Shown: positions 25,421 to 38,400 of the stretch, piece by piece | Numbering within the stretch: position 1 is the stretch's first letter | How the letters are laid out: each line of letters starts with the position of its first letter | Source of the DNA: Psammoneis japonica | Taxonomy: Eukaryota | Assembly: GCA_008632985.1 (NCBI GenBank) | Contig: QPGO01000103.1 | Span: 124,001 to 188,000 of the forward strand | DNA length: 64,000 nucleotides | Direction of reading: 5' to 3' | Position numbers and translations under genes: made by a program | The notes under the pieces: generated by a model | Database searches by the model: none | What the model saw: only the letters and a program-made list of their open reading frames with translations | What the model was told of the DNA's origin: nothing

Positions 25421-26125
25421 TGGGCGCATGGGGCATGGGGTCAAGTGCTTAAACTCTCATTTAATCTATGCTGGTGGCTTGAGGCAGTCAACGCTGTGAG
25501 ACCATGATGCTGGGGAGAGCCTTTCAAAGAAGAATCCTTTTATTCCAATGTCCGAAGCAAGACGGGGCGATGGTCATGTTTGCTGCTGCTATGATTCCCT
25601 GTCGTCATTCATGGTCGACGTTTGATAACAGCGTTTTTCACGGTGCTCTGCATGGGTGAAGCACTTCCCAGACCGGAGTTCAAGTGTGCTGCAGGCCCCA
25701 CTTCCAAACTTGTACAGTTTTCGTAGCCCAGCACAAAACGTCACATCACGGCGTTTTACATCATGCAGCTGTTCTTGTCGACATCATCGACAGCCGTGCA
25801 CATGCTGTTTGCTGTTTCACGTCATGGCTTCTCCGCAGAAGACGTCTGGCGTGTGCCACTTGGTGCCTGCCACGACTCAGTTTGTACTATTGACGTAGAA
25901 ATCTACGTTATCATGACTGCGTGCCACAACCCGGAAATCACTGTTGAACGCGAAATTCCGACGTCCGTCCGCGCGTGCGGTCACGCTCCTTCCCCACGTA
26001 GCTTTTTGTACAACTTCCGAGTACAACGCCCAATGACACGCTTCAGCACGACATCGTCGCGACATTGCGCGACGCATAATTCTGAGAATTGGGGCATCTG
26101 CCATCAACAATCACAATCAATTGCA

Positions 26126-26893
26126 ATGACAATGGCACCAAACAGAACGAACTTTCGCGAGATGTGGTCCATAATTTTTCTTATCGTGGCCCTAGTTTCA
26201 CCAGTTTCAGGATTTTCGAGCTTATTTTCGCAGAAACGATCGTCGTTCATGTCTTTTTCAAATCTCGCGGAAAATGACCGTGTCTTTCCCAAACGATCAC
26301 GAGAAGCGCTGTATAGTCGACGAAAAGACTGGATCGACCGCAGTGTCAACTACTATTCCAAGGTTATGCGCGAGGAACGTCGAAGAAACAACGGTCAACT
26401 CAAGCCAGACGAAGAAGGTCGTCAGGAAGAGTACATTGTGTTGGCGAAGAAACACTACTTTGCACTGCACAAGATCAAGTACGGCAAACTTCAACACGCC
26501 GAGAGGATTTATCGACGCATCATTGATGAGCTCGTGAACGAAGAAGACGGCGAATGCGATCATGCCAAGCTAGCCGTGACTACCTTGTTGTTGGCGCTGC
26601 TGATGCAACGAATGGGGGATATCAAGGGCGCACGAGCTGTGTTTCTGGAATTCTTTCGAACCGTTGTAGTGGAAAACGAGGATGAGGAAACGGAATGCGC
26701 GTGCTCTGCCAAGGTGCTCGGTGCATATGCTCTCTTTGAGATGAAGAATGGGTTTTCTCACAAGAGTCTGCAAATTGCGAAAAAGGCACTGGAGTTCGAT
26801 CCGAGTTTGGAGCCAGTCCTTCGGTGGAAGCAGTTTCGTGAAGAACGGCAACGAACTGAATCCAGAACAAAGTACAATGGACTTCGTCCATAA
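26126..26893 (+). CDS. Probable plastid-targeted helical-repeat (TPR/HAT-like) protein
   Basis: Signal peptide ending VSG-F. Helical repeats such as 'GDIKGARAVF' and 'VLGAYALFEMKNG...AKKALEFDP'. Confidence 0.7.
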   Translation: MTMAPNRTNFREMWSIIFLIVALVSPVSGFSSLFSQKRSSFMSFSNLAENDRVFPKRSREALYSRRKDWIDRSVNYYSKVMREERRRNNGQLKPDEEGRQEEYIVLAKKHYFALHKIKYGKLQHAERIYRRIIDELVNEEDGECDHAKLAVTTLLLALLMQRMGDIKGARAVFLEFFRTVVVENEDEETECACSAKVLGAYALFEMKNGFSHKSLQIAKKALEFDPSLEPVLRWKQFREERQRTESRTKYNGLRP

Positions 26894-27147
26894 TGTAGCG
26901 TAAAGTAGCACCCTACTTGTATTTGTCAGTTCTGTGTGACAAAATGCCAAGAGCGAATCGTTCAGGGAACGACCACAGGACCGTGGCATTGGCAGAAACT
27001 GTAACATCAAGAGACAACTCATAACTACTGCTATTGAGTGTTGAAACCAAAGCACCATTTTAAGAGCGCTTATATCTACTTGCAGTTGCCCAGAAGCGAG
27101 TACAGAGCATTTCGGATTTCGATCTCGCTCGCAACAAGTCTCCATCT

Positions 27148-28875
27148 CTAGTAGAGACGCTTTTGGTAGCTATGAAGACCGTGCACGCCACCCTCCTTTT
27201 GAGCAGCTGGCGAACGAATCTCGAATCGTAGCTGATCACTGTAAAGTTTGTCCCATGCGTCATCAAGACTCTTCAATCCAGCATCTTGCAATCCATGACG
27301 AACACCCTGAATCAAGTAAGGAATGTATCGACGCAACCCACCCTTGTCTTGCACAGCACCACTCACACCTTGAGCCACCTTGACGGCTGTAGCAGCCGTA
27401 TCCCAAACATATCTCTTTTCTCCTCCCTTCGTCATGGCCTCTAGACTTCCCATTCCACGATAGCGCTTTAGACGAACGCCATCCTGATAAAAGTACTCTC
27501 CCGGAGCCTCGTCCGTTCCAGCCAACATGCTTCCCATCATGACGCAACTGGCACCGCAGCAAAGAGCCTTGGTAATGTGACCGGTCGATTTGATCCCGCC
27601 GTCAGCCAAAATGGGCACACCGTGTTTGCGAGCAAACTTGGCAACGTGATAGACAGCACTCGCTTGGGCACGGCCGACAGCACACACCTCTTGGGTGGTG
27701 CAAATGGAACCAATACCCATTCCAACACGCAATCCATCCGCACCAGCCTGAATCAAGTGGTATGCCTGAGCCGGGGTCACTACATTACCTCCGATAACCT
27801 CCAACTTGGGATGAGTCTCCTTGAGGTGCTCAATCATTTGTAGTTGATAAAGAGAATCACCCTGAGAGGAATCCACAACAATCACATCTACACCGGCATC
27901 GACAAGTGCTGCGGCTCGGTCGCGGTCTTCCGGACGCGTTCCGATAGCTGCACCCACCAAGAGTTGTTTGTTGGAATCCTTGGAGGCACGAGGGAAATCC
28001 CGATTCTTTTGTAAATCCGTCCTGGCAATCAATGCCACCAACTCGTCGGAATTGTTCACCACGGGTAGTTTTCCCTTTTTACTAGCTTTCAAAATCTCAT
28101 TGGCTTCCTCGAGACTGACGCCCTCATGAGCTACTGTAATGGTAGAACGGGGTGTCATGAATTCCTTGATTTTGATGGACGGGTCTTCGATAAAGGACGT
28201 GTCGCGATTGGAAATAATGCCCATGAGTTTGCCGCCCATTTCGCCATTGTCGGTGATGGGGATTCCAGAGTAACCGAATTTCTCCTTAATTTCAAGGACA
28301 TCCTGAACCGAGTGTTCGGGACTGAGCGTCACGGGATCTGTAATGAAACCATTCTTGAACTTTTTCACCTTGTACACTTGACCTGCCTGTTCTTCAATCG
28401 AAAAGTTGGAATGAATAATGCCAATGCCACCCTGAAGAGCCATCATGATGGCCATTTTGGATTCCGTCACAGTGTCCATGGGAGACGAAACAAAGGGGAC
28501 CTGGAGATCAATATTACGCGTAAGTTTCGATGACACGTCCACTTCGCCGAGACCAAAGTGAATGTGACCGGGCATCATGATGAGATCGTCATAGGTGTAT
28601 GCCACGCATGACTGATTCTTCACAAAGACCTGGGTTCCCGTGAAGCTATACCGTGAACAAGAAGAGAAGGTGAACAAAGCATAAGCGGCTGTACTAAAAA
28701 GGCGGAAAAAGTACTTCTGTCGTGGCACGGGTTCGCCATCAACTTCTTTCTCCCTTTCTGAGAAATTCTCTCAACAGGCATACAAATTGTCATCTTACCC
28801 ACAAGCTCCAGAATTGAGGGTCTCCTCGTCCAGTTCCAACAGTGGCTTGCCCTTAACGAGAGTAGGATTAGACAT
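27148..28875 (-). CDS. IMPDH: Inosine-5'-monophosphate dehydrogenase
   Basis: [12 protein letters not shown] subdomain, catalytic [21 protein letters not shown]. Exon 1 (MSNPTLVKG...) joined by intron 28646..28798. Confidence 0.97.
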
Positions 28876-29610
28876 TCTTCTAACTTGTTTAATGCTCTCA
28901 ATGACGACCTGAAGTCTGAGTCGATCTTGATGATGTCTCGTTGAAAGGAAACAACGCAAAACGAAAAAGTGAGTGGCTCATCGTGCCACGACACTCCCAC
29001 GACGGACATACGGCAAAGCGCTTTGGCGCCAAAAATTGACTCTTTCGACTAAAATGTATTATGAGTTATTTCCCGCGCAAAACTCGGACACTCAAGTAAA
29101 GTATAAAGCATGTATATCGTTGAATAATCACTATCCGTTGGGATTTGCTTTTCGAAAAAATTGAACAAGATTGCTTCGAGAATGATCCTTGTTGAGCTCA
29201 GCAGTGGAATTTAGCAATTGTTCTACAATGTCGATCGAAACCGCAGAACGACAATGTGCATCATCTTTGGGATTCAGTGTAGGGAAAAAAGCAGAGAGTG
29301 CCACACAAAATCGTCTTTAGCGACTTGCTCTAAAAATCTAGTGTCATACCTATCGATAAGTAACGACACACCAAGAGCACCAAGTAGGGTGCGGTACTTC
29401 AGATCTTACGTGATGCGCGGAGCTTGCCACCGACAAATGTTATCATCTCTCATCAAAACAAAAACATACGAGCAAAATTGGTTGGACAGGTTTAGTGATG
29501 CCGTAAGGCTGCAAAATGAAATAGGACTAGGTACTACTGGTAAGATTACGCTACAGAGCGTCGCCATAAAGAATGTTCTGGATCCATTGAGTCAATCAAC
29601 CAACTCGGAA

Positions 29611-30258
29611 TTACTTTTGAGATGCGCGTAGCTTTTGTACCGTGACAGTCTTGGAGCCGTTGGCATGAGTAACTGTCTCTTTTACTTCGACGGAACCATC
29701 GGGATATTGGGTTCTTTCCGTGGCAACGCTGTCTCCTGGCTTTCTGGACTTGTTGGGCGCCGTTTGATCCGAACGGTACGGTGGCGGAGCAGGTTCAGAA
29801 CGACTGTGACGAGCTGGTGCCGGTTTAGAACGGGCGTGCGTAGGCGCAGCAGGCTGAGAACGGGCGTGCGTAGGCTGTTTGGGAGGGGCACGCTTTGCAG
29901 CACGAAAAGGAGCATGAGGAGAAAACTGAAGGTTCTTGCTCTTCCCGACAAGATTGCCGTTGGTATCGAATATCTATGTGTGGAACATGATGATAAATGC
30001 ATGATCTTGTGAGAATGACAAGCACAATCATAATCATTGTCATACTCAATAATATGTACGTACCGAGTCGCCAAGTTGATAGCCATCCTTCTTGTCCACC
30101 GGGCAGAGATAAGCACAGGTACCACAACCGGTGAAAATGCCACCCAAAAGGCAGAGCAAAACGCACATGAGATTCGTGTTGCCACCCGCGAACGTGACTT
30201 CTCCCCAGGTACCTCCGTCCGAAACTCCAGGGGGAGGGTTAGATGATTTCGTTGCCAT
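29611..30258 (-). CDS. Small Cys-rich membrane-anchored protein with Pro-rich tail (two exons)
   Basis: ATG 30258 and intron 29974..30063 (GTACGT...CATAG) give a continuous frame to TAA at 29611. Contains 'CVLLCLLGGIFTGCGTCAYLCPVD' and duplicated PTHARS. Confidence 0.7.
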
Positions 30259-30424
30259 GATGGTTTCTGTAGTTTTGTGCTGGTTTCGCGAGACGAATGA
30301 AGCTTCTGTTGTTTGTGCTGATTTTGTGAGACGAACCACCACAGTCAAAAGAAAGCGCGAAAGTGGGTCGTGCACGCTAGATCGCGGATGGAAGACCGCT
30401 CTCGTGACTGACTCGCGATTTGGA

Positions 30425-30452
30425 TTGTTTGTTTGTTTGTTTGTTTGTTTGT
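30425..30452. repeat. (TTGT)n microsatellite
   Basis: About seven tandem TTGT units between two divergent genes. Confidence 0.9.
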
Positions 30453-30592
30453 CTGTCTATAAAAACTGGTTTTGCTGTCTCGCTCGTGATTGAACGTCCG
30501 CAGAATTTCGACAGAGGCCGAGTCGTGCTTTGGGGTTGATGCCAATCACCCAATCCGAACCCAGCGCACCACTCACAAAAAGAAAAACAACA

Positions 30593-32505
30593 ATGATGAC
30601 CTCAACTACCGCTTTCTTCCTGATTCTACTTATCTCTTTCAGCCTTTCGCGTCTGATCATGGGAGGCGACGCGGAGTTTTTGCAGCTCGTCGCCGAAGTA
30701 GAATCAAATGTGCTTGACATGGCTCGAGAGGTAGAGTTACGTTACAAAGAGCGGTGCACCGATGTCACCTTGAAAGACTGCTACCAAAGCAACTACGAGG
30801 AATGCAAGAGTGCTTTTCCAGATTCTATATGCCCAAAGGGCGAAGAGCTAGCGGATACCGTTTGTGGTAATGGAACGACGTGCTCACGCTTGTGGGATTA
30901 CTCCAATAGCCGCGTCTCTTTGCCGGACGATGTCGCCGACGGACCTCACGGCAATCCCACCGACCCGGAAGTCATTGAAACCATCTGCTTCTCAAGAGAT
31001 CTCGATAGCTGGTTTATCGACAAGACCCAAGAAGTTTCCGCCTACTGGAAGAGCTTCGGGTTAGAACCGCCGCCAATGTTCTTTGGTGCGCACAATGGAG
31101 CGTTTCGCATCTATCCGGGATACCGTGCATCAAGCTGCGGCGTGTATGATCCCCGTCTGCGCCCGTGGTACATTGCAGCCAGTTCAGGACCAAAGAACGT
31201 TTTGTTGATTCTTGACGTGTCTGGATCAATGAATGATAGGAAGAAGCTCGAAAGACTGAAGACGGCGGCCAGCCGTGTCATTTCGACTCTAACTGTAGCT
31301 GATCGTGTTGCTGTGGTTCCCTTTGAAAGCCAGCCCACCCAAGTGATTGCCAGAGACGGATGTACATGTTCATGGCCACGGCCGATAATAAAAGAAAGAT
31401 CCTCAAGCAAATTGATGAACTTGAAGCTGGAGGCAGCACCAATTTTTATGATGCATTCAGAACAGGATTCGACATTTTCCAAGCTACGTTAGACCAAGAA
31501 TATAATAGCGATTGCAATTCTGCGGTTCTGTTCTTGACAGACGGAAGAATGTCCAGTGGTAGCTTCACAGAGCAACAAGTCATCGAATATGTCAGGGACC
31601 GAGCGAACGGCATAAGCGCAGTTCTGGGTCACGCACTTCTCATGTTTACATACAGTGTCTCTGAGGATGCTTCTGTGGATACCTTTCCACGAGATCTTGG
31701 TTGTGCCTTTGAAACTGGGGTCTGGTCCAAGATTGAAAGTGAAGACGAAATCGTTGACAGCCTCTCAAGCTACTATCAGTTATTTGCGTCGGGGTTGGGA
31801 GCCGGCCGCAACGAAAATTTCACAGCATGGGTTGAACCCTATGAATACGCCGTTGGCGGCGTCATGGGAACAACAGTGGCTGCTCCCGTCTATGATCGTG
31901 ACAAAGACCCTCATCTATTCCTTGGGGTCGTTGGAATCGACTTTCGGCTAACGGCTGTTACCATTGCCCTCGAAGGTGATGACAGCGACAGCCTCAATAA
32001 GATTGTTGATCAGTCTACGGCAAAATGCCCAACACTTGAATTGACTCTATGCCAGATCGAGTCATTCCGTCGTCGCGGCAGCGCCGGAGATAACGCCCTC
32101 TGCACCAACAATTGCACCCAAGCGGGCTTTGTTGACATTGAACCGATCCAGTGCGATGGTCAACATGACTATCCCTCCAACTTGTGGGCCAACACGGATG
32201 AAGAAGGACTTTCTTACGAGGAACGCGCCTGTTGCCGTGTAGGAGAAACGGCAGCCTCTGACGAGTGCCCTGCATCCAGCAGTAGTGGTGGTACCTCGAG
32301 TGTTGCCATCATAGCTGGTGTTATAGCCGGGGTGGTTGTCTGTGCGCTTTTCGTTGGAGGTTTCATTTGGTACAAGCGACATTCTTCGCAAAACGCACCA
32401 GCCTCGGGGGCCCCATCCCTTAGTAAGACGCCGCCCATCCCGCCGCCCCCCGTAAATCCTGCATATCAACCATCAGCGCCAATGGAACAGACAAGTCACC
32501 GGTAA
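30593..32505 (+). CDS. VWA/Cache-containing type I membrane protein (calcium channel alpha2delta-like); one frameshift near 31360
   Basis: YDPRLRPWY, MIDAS DVSGS, LFLTDG, WVEPY...GVVGID, signal peptide and C-terminal TM with Pro-rich tail. Confidence 0.88.
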
Positions 32506-32703
32506 ACTGGCAGGAGAGTTCCAGTCAGTTCCCGCTTTATCTGCGCTTTGCAAGATTGTGGTGTGGGTTTGCTTCTGAGGACCGTGTTTATTTTTTCATG
32601 AGCAAGTAGTTCTCTCTTTTCATAGTAAATATTCTGCTCGTTTCCATATTTTGAATTTGTAAGTCGCACAGTACTTACTAGCAATAAGCCCTCAAGACTC
32701 TCG

Positions 32704-34344
32704 CTATAGGCTCCCAACTTTTGTCACATCGCCGTTCTCTCTGGACTGTTTGATGTCTCTTTCTCTATTTATTGTTTTCTGTACAGAGCGGACTGCAAAC
32801 GTACAGGGAATCACAGCAAAAAGGTAAATAAGGTTCGGAGTAAGAAAGTCGCCACCGGAAGCCAATGCATTCAATGGAATGTTTAGAAAGCTTGCCAGTC
32901 CACCAATCATGGCAATAGTCCGGTTCCCTCCCACAACATCGGCTGACAGCAGCAATGGCAAGAAGGAAAAGGTCGTGGCATAAAGAAAACACCGCACAGC
33001 TGCCACCATGAGAAAGGTCACAACGTGAAAGCGCAGATTTGTACTGGTGCACTTGATGAGAATGTAGACAAAGTTAATTAGGTTCACTGCTTGAAACGCA
33101 GTCCCAAAGCCGTAGTGATTCACAATCCAATCCACCAATGGAAGAAAAAGGATGGAAGCGGGCTGCATCAGTGTAAAAATCTTGAGGTACGTGCCGTCAT
33201 CACCCAAGGCTGCAAGAAAGTCAGCGGCCGTAATGAGAGACCAGCTGCAGGAAATCATGCTCAGTGAAAAGAAAACATTGAGCATGATAAATGGCACCGA
33301 CACAAGCTGATCTATGGCAGACTTCTCGGACAACAAAACGTATTCAGTGCCGTCATCATCTTCCACGAAGCTCCCACGGTCGTCTGGGATCGAGCCGTAG
33401 ACATATGCAGGGGGTAGCTGGTGAGGTTCATCTGTTATTGCCACGGAGCCCCGAACACTTGAACCAAGCGAACCACGACGAGAGCTGACAACCTCTGACA
33501 ACAATGTATAGTCCATTTTCGATTCCATAAAGAGTCGCAAGCTCTCCGCCACCGACCCCATCGTTTCCGACTGAGCCGCATCGGAATGAGTTTCTGGCTG
33601 GATCGGCTCACACTCGTCTGGTTCGAATGGACTACATTCTGTTTCTGGTTCAGCTATAGTCCAAAGGTAAGCGGCCGGCACAAACAATAACAACGCCAAT
33701 GTAAAGTACAAGAGTGCAATGGTCACAAAACTGAGGCCGAGAGACTCTTGAATGATCCACAGAAACAGGTATGATACGCTCCCAGCATCAAAGAGCGTGT
33801 TGAGCCACATGACAATGCGCACTTGGGTACGACCAACAAAATATAGACCGACTTGTACAGACAAGAGAGAGCCCGTAAAGGTTGTCAAGCCGAGAAGAGC
33901 AAAACATACCCAGTAGAGCCAGTTTCTACCGGACGCTGCGGCAGCTACTAGGAGACCGGATCCCAACAAGGCGCAACTGCCCATAAAGTACGAGACAGTC
34001 GAGGCACCGTACTCATCAATCGCGTGACCAATAATGGGCGTCACAACGGAAAGACAAGTTGCCATCAAACCGAGGTTGATGAGAGTCTGTGATTGCTCGG
34101 GACACACATCGTCGTGGTTCGTTGTGGAAGAACATTTATATGAAAAGGCCCCGCTTGACTCGAGAAGCCTTTGCATCGGACCCCAACCATACAAAGCACC
34201 GACAAACGCAAACGTGTAGAGACTAGCAAACACACCCAAAGCATGCCGACTTGAAAATTTGTCCTTTGTATTGCAGCCTCGTTTTGCGTTGCAGAAAGAC
34301 GCGCAGACAGACTCCTCGTCGCTCAAGGAGAGAGTCTCCGTCAT
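32704..34344 (-). CDS. MFS transporter (SLC43/LAT3/FMP42-like)
   Basis: About 12 TM in two blocks with a central loop. 'GALYGWGPM..LL..SGAF..KC' and 'LFDAGS' resemble SLC43. Confidence 0.82.
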   Translation of the reverse strand: MTETLSLSDEESVCASFCNAKRGCNTKDKFSSRHALGVFASLYTFAFVGALYGWGPMQRLLESSGAFSYKCSSTTNHDDVCPEQSQTLINLGLMATCLSVVTPIIGHAIDEYGASTVSYFMGSCALLGSGLLVAAAASGRNWLYWVCFALLGLTTFTGSLLSVQVGLYFVGRTQVRIVMWLNTLFDAGSVSYLFLWIIQESLGLSFVTIALLYFTLALLLFVPAAYLWTIAEPETECSPFEPDECEPIQPETHSDAAQSETMGSVAESLRLFMESKMDYTLLSEVVSSRRGSLGSSVRGSVAITDEPHQLPPAYVYGSIPDDRGSFVEDDDGTEYVLLSEKSAIDQLVSVPFIMLNVFFSLSMISCSWSLITAADFLAALGDDGTYLKIFTLMQPASILFLPLVDWIVNHYGFGTAFQAVNLINFVYILIKCTSTNLRFHVVTFLMVAAVRCFLYATTFSFLPLLLSADVVGGNRTIAMIGGLASFLNIPLNALASGGDFLTPNLIYLFAVIPCTFAVRSVQKTINRERDIKQSRENGDVTKVGSL

Positions 34345-35486
34345 TTTCCAGCGAAAGGCTCAAAAGAGAGTGCCGCAATGCTTGCCACATCAATAACAAA
34401 CAAATAATGCAAGAAAAAAGCTCTGACCGGAAGTAGACAACATCGTCGTCATGGCCGCATCTTGCATACACCGTATTAATTGGACCAGCCTGGCTCGCTC
34501 CGCGCTCAACGCCCGCCCGTTCTCGCTTCTGATGACGCCAGCATGACGTACGGTACAGTATTTTGATTGCGAAAAAGGCGCGCGAGCAAGAAGCACAACA
34601 ATCAACAATGGCGGCGGCCTCCCTTGAAACTACTCTCGTTCACGTTCCTTTCTTCTCCGTTTCATCGTCTGGCACTTTCGATCCTCCCTCCCTTTTCCTG
34701 TTGATGCCACTAATCCCGAAAAGTTCGGTGGCGGAGCGGTGGCAGAGAGTGACAGGAAAGATTTTTGCACCTCGCACCCAGCGTTTCCACGTACAGTACG
34801 ATGCTGTGTACAGTAGATCAAACGAACCTGTAGGGCCCTCTAGAAATCCTGTTCAAGTGTTTCTGCGTGTCAATGTTGTATGAAATCTCTTTTGTCAGAT
34901 TGATGACTGGGTTGAACATTTCATAACGAATCTCTGTCGTATCTTGGCTGTGAATGGCTGGAAGCGGATGCCATCCTTCTCGTGCGTGGCGAGAGACACT
35001 GCTCTATAATAAGAATTGAATGCGAGATAGACATTATTTCGTTTTCTGAAGCGCTTTCTTCAAAGCTTGCTGTGATGAATCGAAGGGTGACTGGCGCGAA
35101 ATGTTTTGCTTGCCGGGATTTCTGTCGGCTCCAACGTGAAGAGCAGCACGACGTTGAAATTTTCGCCGAAGCTGCGATGGCATCGGGTGCACGCCTGCCT
35201 TACCTACTTGACGGCTAATGTACCGAAGAGCTCTTTGGAACTGATGCTCTCTCTAGCTGGCTACCAGCTAGAGAGTGAGCAAACAATTGCCATTGTCAAG
35301 AAGGTTGGCAGCCCGAATTTTCATGTGAAACATCGCCAGCCAGACGCTTGTTGAAGCTCACGGGAAAAAGATCTCCTCGGCTTCCAGAACAAGGAAGCAG
35401 TTTCGATGTTTGACTGTGTTCACTTTTCTGGAAGTTCTTAGCAACTTTCTCTGAATGCTGAAACGGTGACAAGGGCTTCCGAAGTG

Positions 35487-38400
35487 ATGCCTCGTCGTGG
35501 TGCCTGCTTCCGATGCGGAAGGTCGGGTCATCATGCACACGAGTGCCCGACGAATCCTCATGCGAGAACCCTTGTCAATACGTCCAATGCTCGCGGATCT
35601 AGTTTTGCGGGTCCTCGAAACAAAGAACGGCGCTTCTTTGACAAGGTTACAAAGGATGAGACGGCACATGTTCGCAACGCAACTGAAGCGGAAAGGCTCT
35701 TGAAGGCGGCTATGGCATACAAGTTAGAAGAGGGTGCACCAGGTCTCTTGTACCGTCTCGCAGATGTGAAGACGATACGAGCTGGTTCGATTCGTAAGGC
35801 GCTCGAGTTCATTACTGACGAGAGTGTCTTTGTCAATGGGTTCCTTCCCTTACTCGAAATTCTCGGTGGCGACGATGTCGGGAAGCCAGTGTACGCCAAG
35901 CCACTCGAAACGGTTTTGTCCAATCTCTACAATATGAAGTTCCTCCTCCCGGAACTGTTGGTCCACGTCCAGGCATCACGGGTGCAGCGTAGCGACAATC
36001 GAACTACACTTATTTGGTTCTTAACAAAGCTTGCTTTAATACCTGGAGACATTGGAGCAGAAGTGCGAAGTGACACGACGGTAGATCAGCTTGCGAAGAT
36101 TTTAGTCGAACAAGGCAATGGCGCAGAATGTCTGGAGACGGTGCTGGCGGGGTCATTCGAGTCAAGCACAAATTTGTCGCTTGCTGGTGTTCGAGACCAG
36201 CAGGCTCAACTTCCTGGAGGTCGTCACGACAACGACTTGCCGGACTTCCGTTCCATTCAAATTATTCCCACCATTGATGAGTTCCTATGCCCAGCAGATC
36301 CTTACCTTCCCAAGGCAGCTTCGGGTCCCATGACCGTGGCTCAACTCCTCGATCGTCAGTTTCGGCTGCTCCGACAAGACATTCTTGGACCGGCAAAAGA
36401 TGAACAGGACGACAAACGCAAGGAACAGCGGGACTTGTTTGAAGGAGTGCGAGCGAGTCATGCTGTTACTGGAGAGCCAGTCTATGTTGAACATAGAGGT
36501 AAGAAGGTGCGAGTCACTGGACCAAGTGATCCTTGCATCTGCTTCTCTTTTCGTTTTCCTCCCTGGCATCGCGTCAATCGGCTCAAGACGCAAAGCGAAA
36601 AAGAAAAGTACTGGGAAACTAATCGACGCACTCTTCCCCGGGATTCCTTGGTGTGTCTTTTGAGATGAAACGCGGAAGGCAAATGGATCCCGATTCGCTT
36701 TGGTACAATCGTGCGACGTGAGACGAAGGAGCTTGCTGTCACAGGCAAGACCAAGCCGGTGGTGGGTATAGCTTTCTTTTCGAAAGATCACGTTCTTGAG
36801 TCTTTGAAGGAACTGTCGGACTCGAGCTTGCCTCCTACACGACTATTGGTTGTCTCTGCTGAATTGTTTGCCTATATGCCGATCCTTCATGCTCTACAAA
36901 TGATGGATAATGTTCCTTTTGAGGATGAGATTTTGCGCGGACAACTCCCTGCGGACCAGACCATTGAGACGCTTACTGTACCACCGGATATGCAGGCGAA
37001 AGTCGAAAAGCTAGATCCAGGCCAGCTCGCGGCTCTAAATAATGCTCTCACTCATCGCGTTAGTCTCATTCAAGGGTGAGATTATATTTTTGTCTTGAAA
37101 ACTCTTCAAACTGCAGTTCTTGCTTCTCACTTTCAAAACGAAACGCATCTGCTATCAGACCACCCGGAACCGGAAAAACTTACATTGGTGTGATGCTTGC
37201 CGAGACTATCCTGGCTTCGACCAACCATACCATTCTATGTGTATGCTACACAAATCACGCCCTTGATGACTTCCTCGAAGGTCTTCTGGACGTTGGAATA
37301 CGCGATATAGTTCGAATCGGCGGCAGGAGTCAGAATGAGCGTCTCGCAGAGTTCAACTTACGCGAAATGGCAAAAGGAGGGAAGGCTCCCTTCAGTCGAG
37401 AACAAACGAGACGATATGCGCAGCTGAAGGAGACGATCGAGGAAGCCGTGAAGGAAGTAGAGAGCATTCAGAAGGTGTGCAGCCGTGAGATTGGAAAAGG
37501 CTGGTGGAAAACAGTCGAACCTCATCTAAGGGCGACACATCCAGAAATCTGGGAACAGCTTCGTATTGATACTTTGACGGATACTGACGGTTTCAAAATC
37601 GTTGGCATCGAGAGCGAAGATCACTTGTGGAAGCTCTGGATCAGCGGAAAGAGAGCGTGCCCACCATTTGAAGAACGAAATGTTATGCCTCTGTGGACTC
37701 TGTCGAAACAGGAACGGACGCTTAAGAAGCTAGAATGGCAGCATGAGCTGTATGAGGATCATCGCTTGACTTTGTACGGATCTCTCAAGACTATCGAGAA
37801 TGCAAAACTTGAGCTAAAGCAGCTGCAGGATGGAAAGGACTCATCCATTTTGTCCCAAACTAGAGTGATTGCTTGCACAACTACAAAGGCAGCAATGTGC
37901 AAAAGCCTTCTCGACCATGTTTCGGCCGGTGTGGTTTTGGTGGAAGAGGCCGCGGAGATCCTCGAGTGCCATGTGCTGACAAGTCTAAGCAAAAATACAA
38001 AGCGATTGATCATGATTGGCGACCACAAACAACTCCGACCAAAAGCCCAACATTACCCGCTTACGGTGGAATCTGAGAAGGGGTATGACCTGAACAAGAG
38101 CCTGTTTGAGCGATTGGCGTCGGTCTTGCCGACTTCTCGGCTTGGAATTCAGCACCGAATGCATCCTGCAATAAGCGAGATTCCGCGCATCACCACCTAC
38201 CCCGAACTCCAGGATGCTCCGAGTACTTCTACTCGACCGATGGTGAAGGGGCTTCAGTCTCGGTTAGTGTTTATCGATCATAGTTATTCCGAGGATCTAC
38301 ATGCGACGCAGATTGAACGGGTTGATGCGGTCTCGAAGACCAACCAGCACGAAGTAGATATGATTGTTGCGATTGTTCGGTACCTTCTTCAGCAAGGTTA

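Noticed and set aside
25763..26125. N-terminal extension of the 376-aa ORF
   Set aside because: The signal peptide begins after 26126; the upstream part looks like promoter or pseudogene sequence open by chance.
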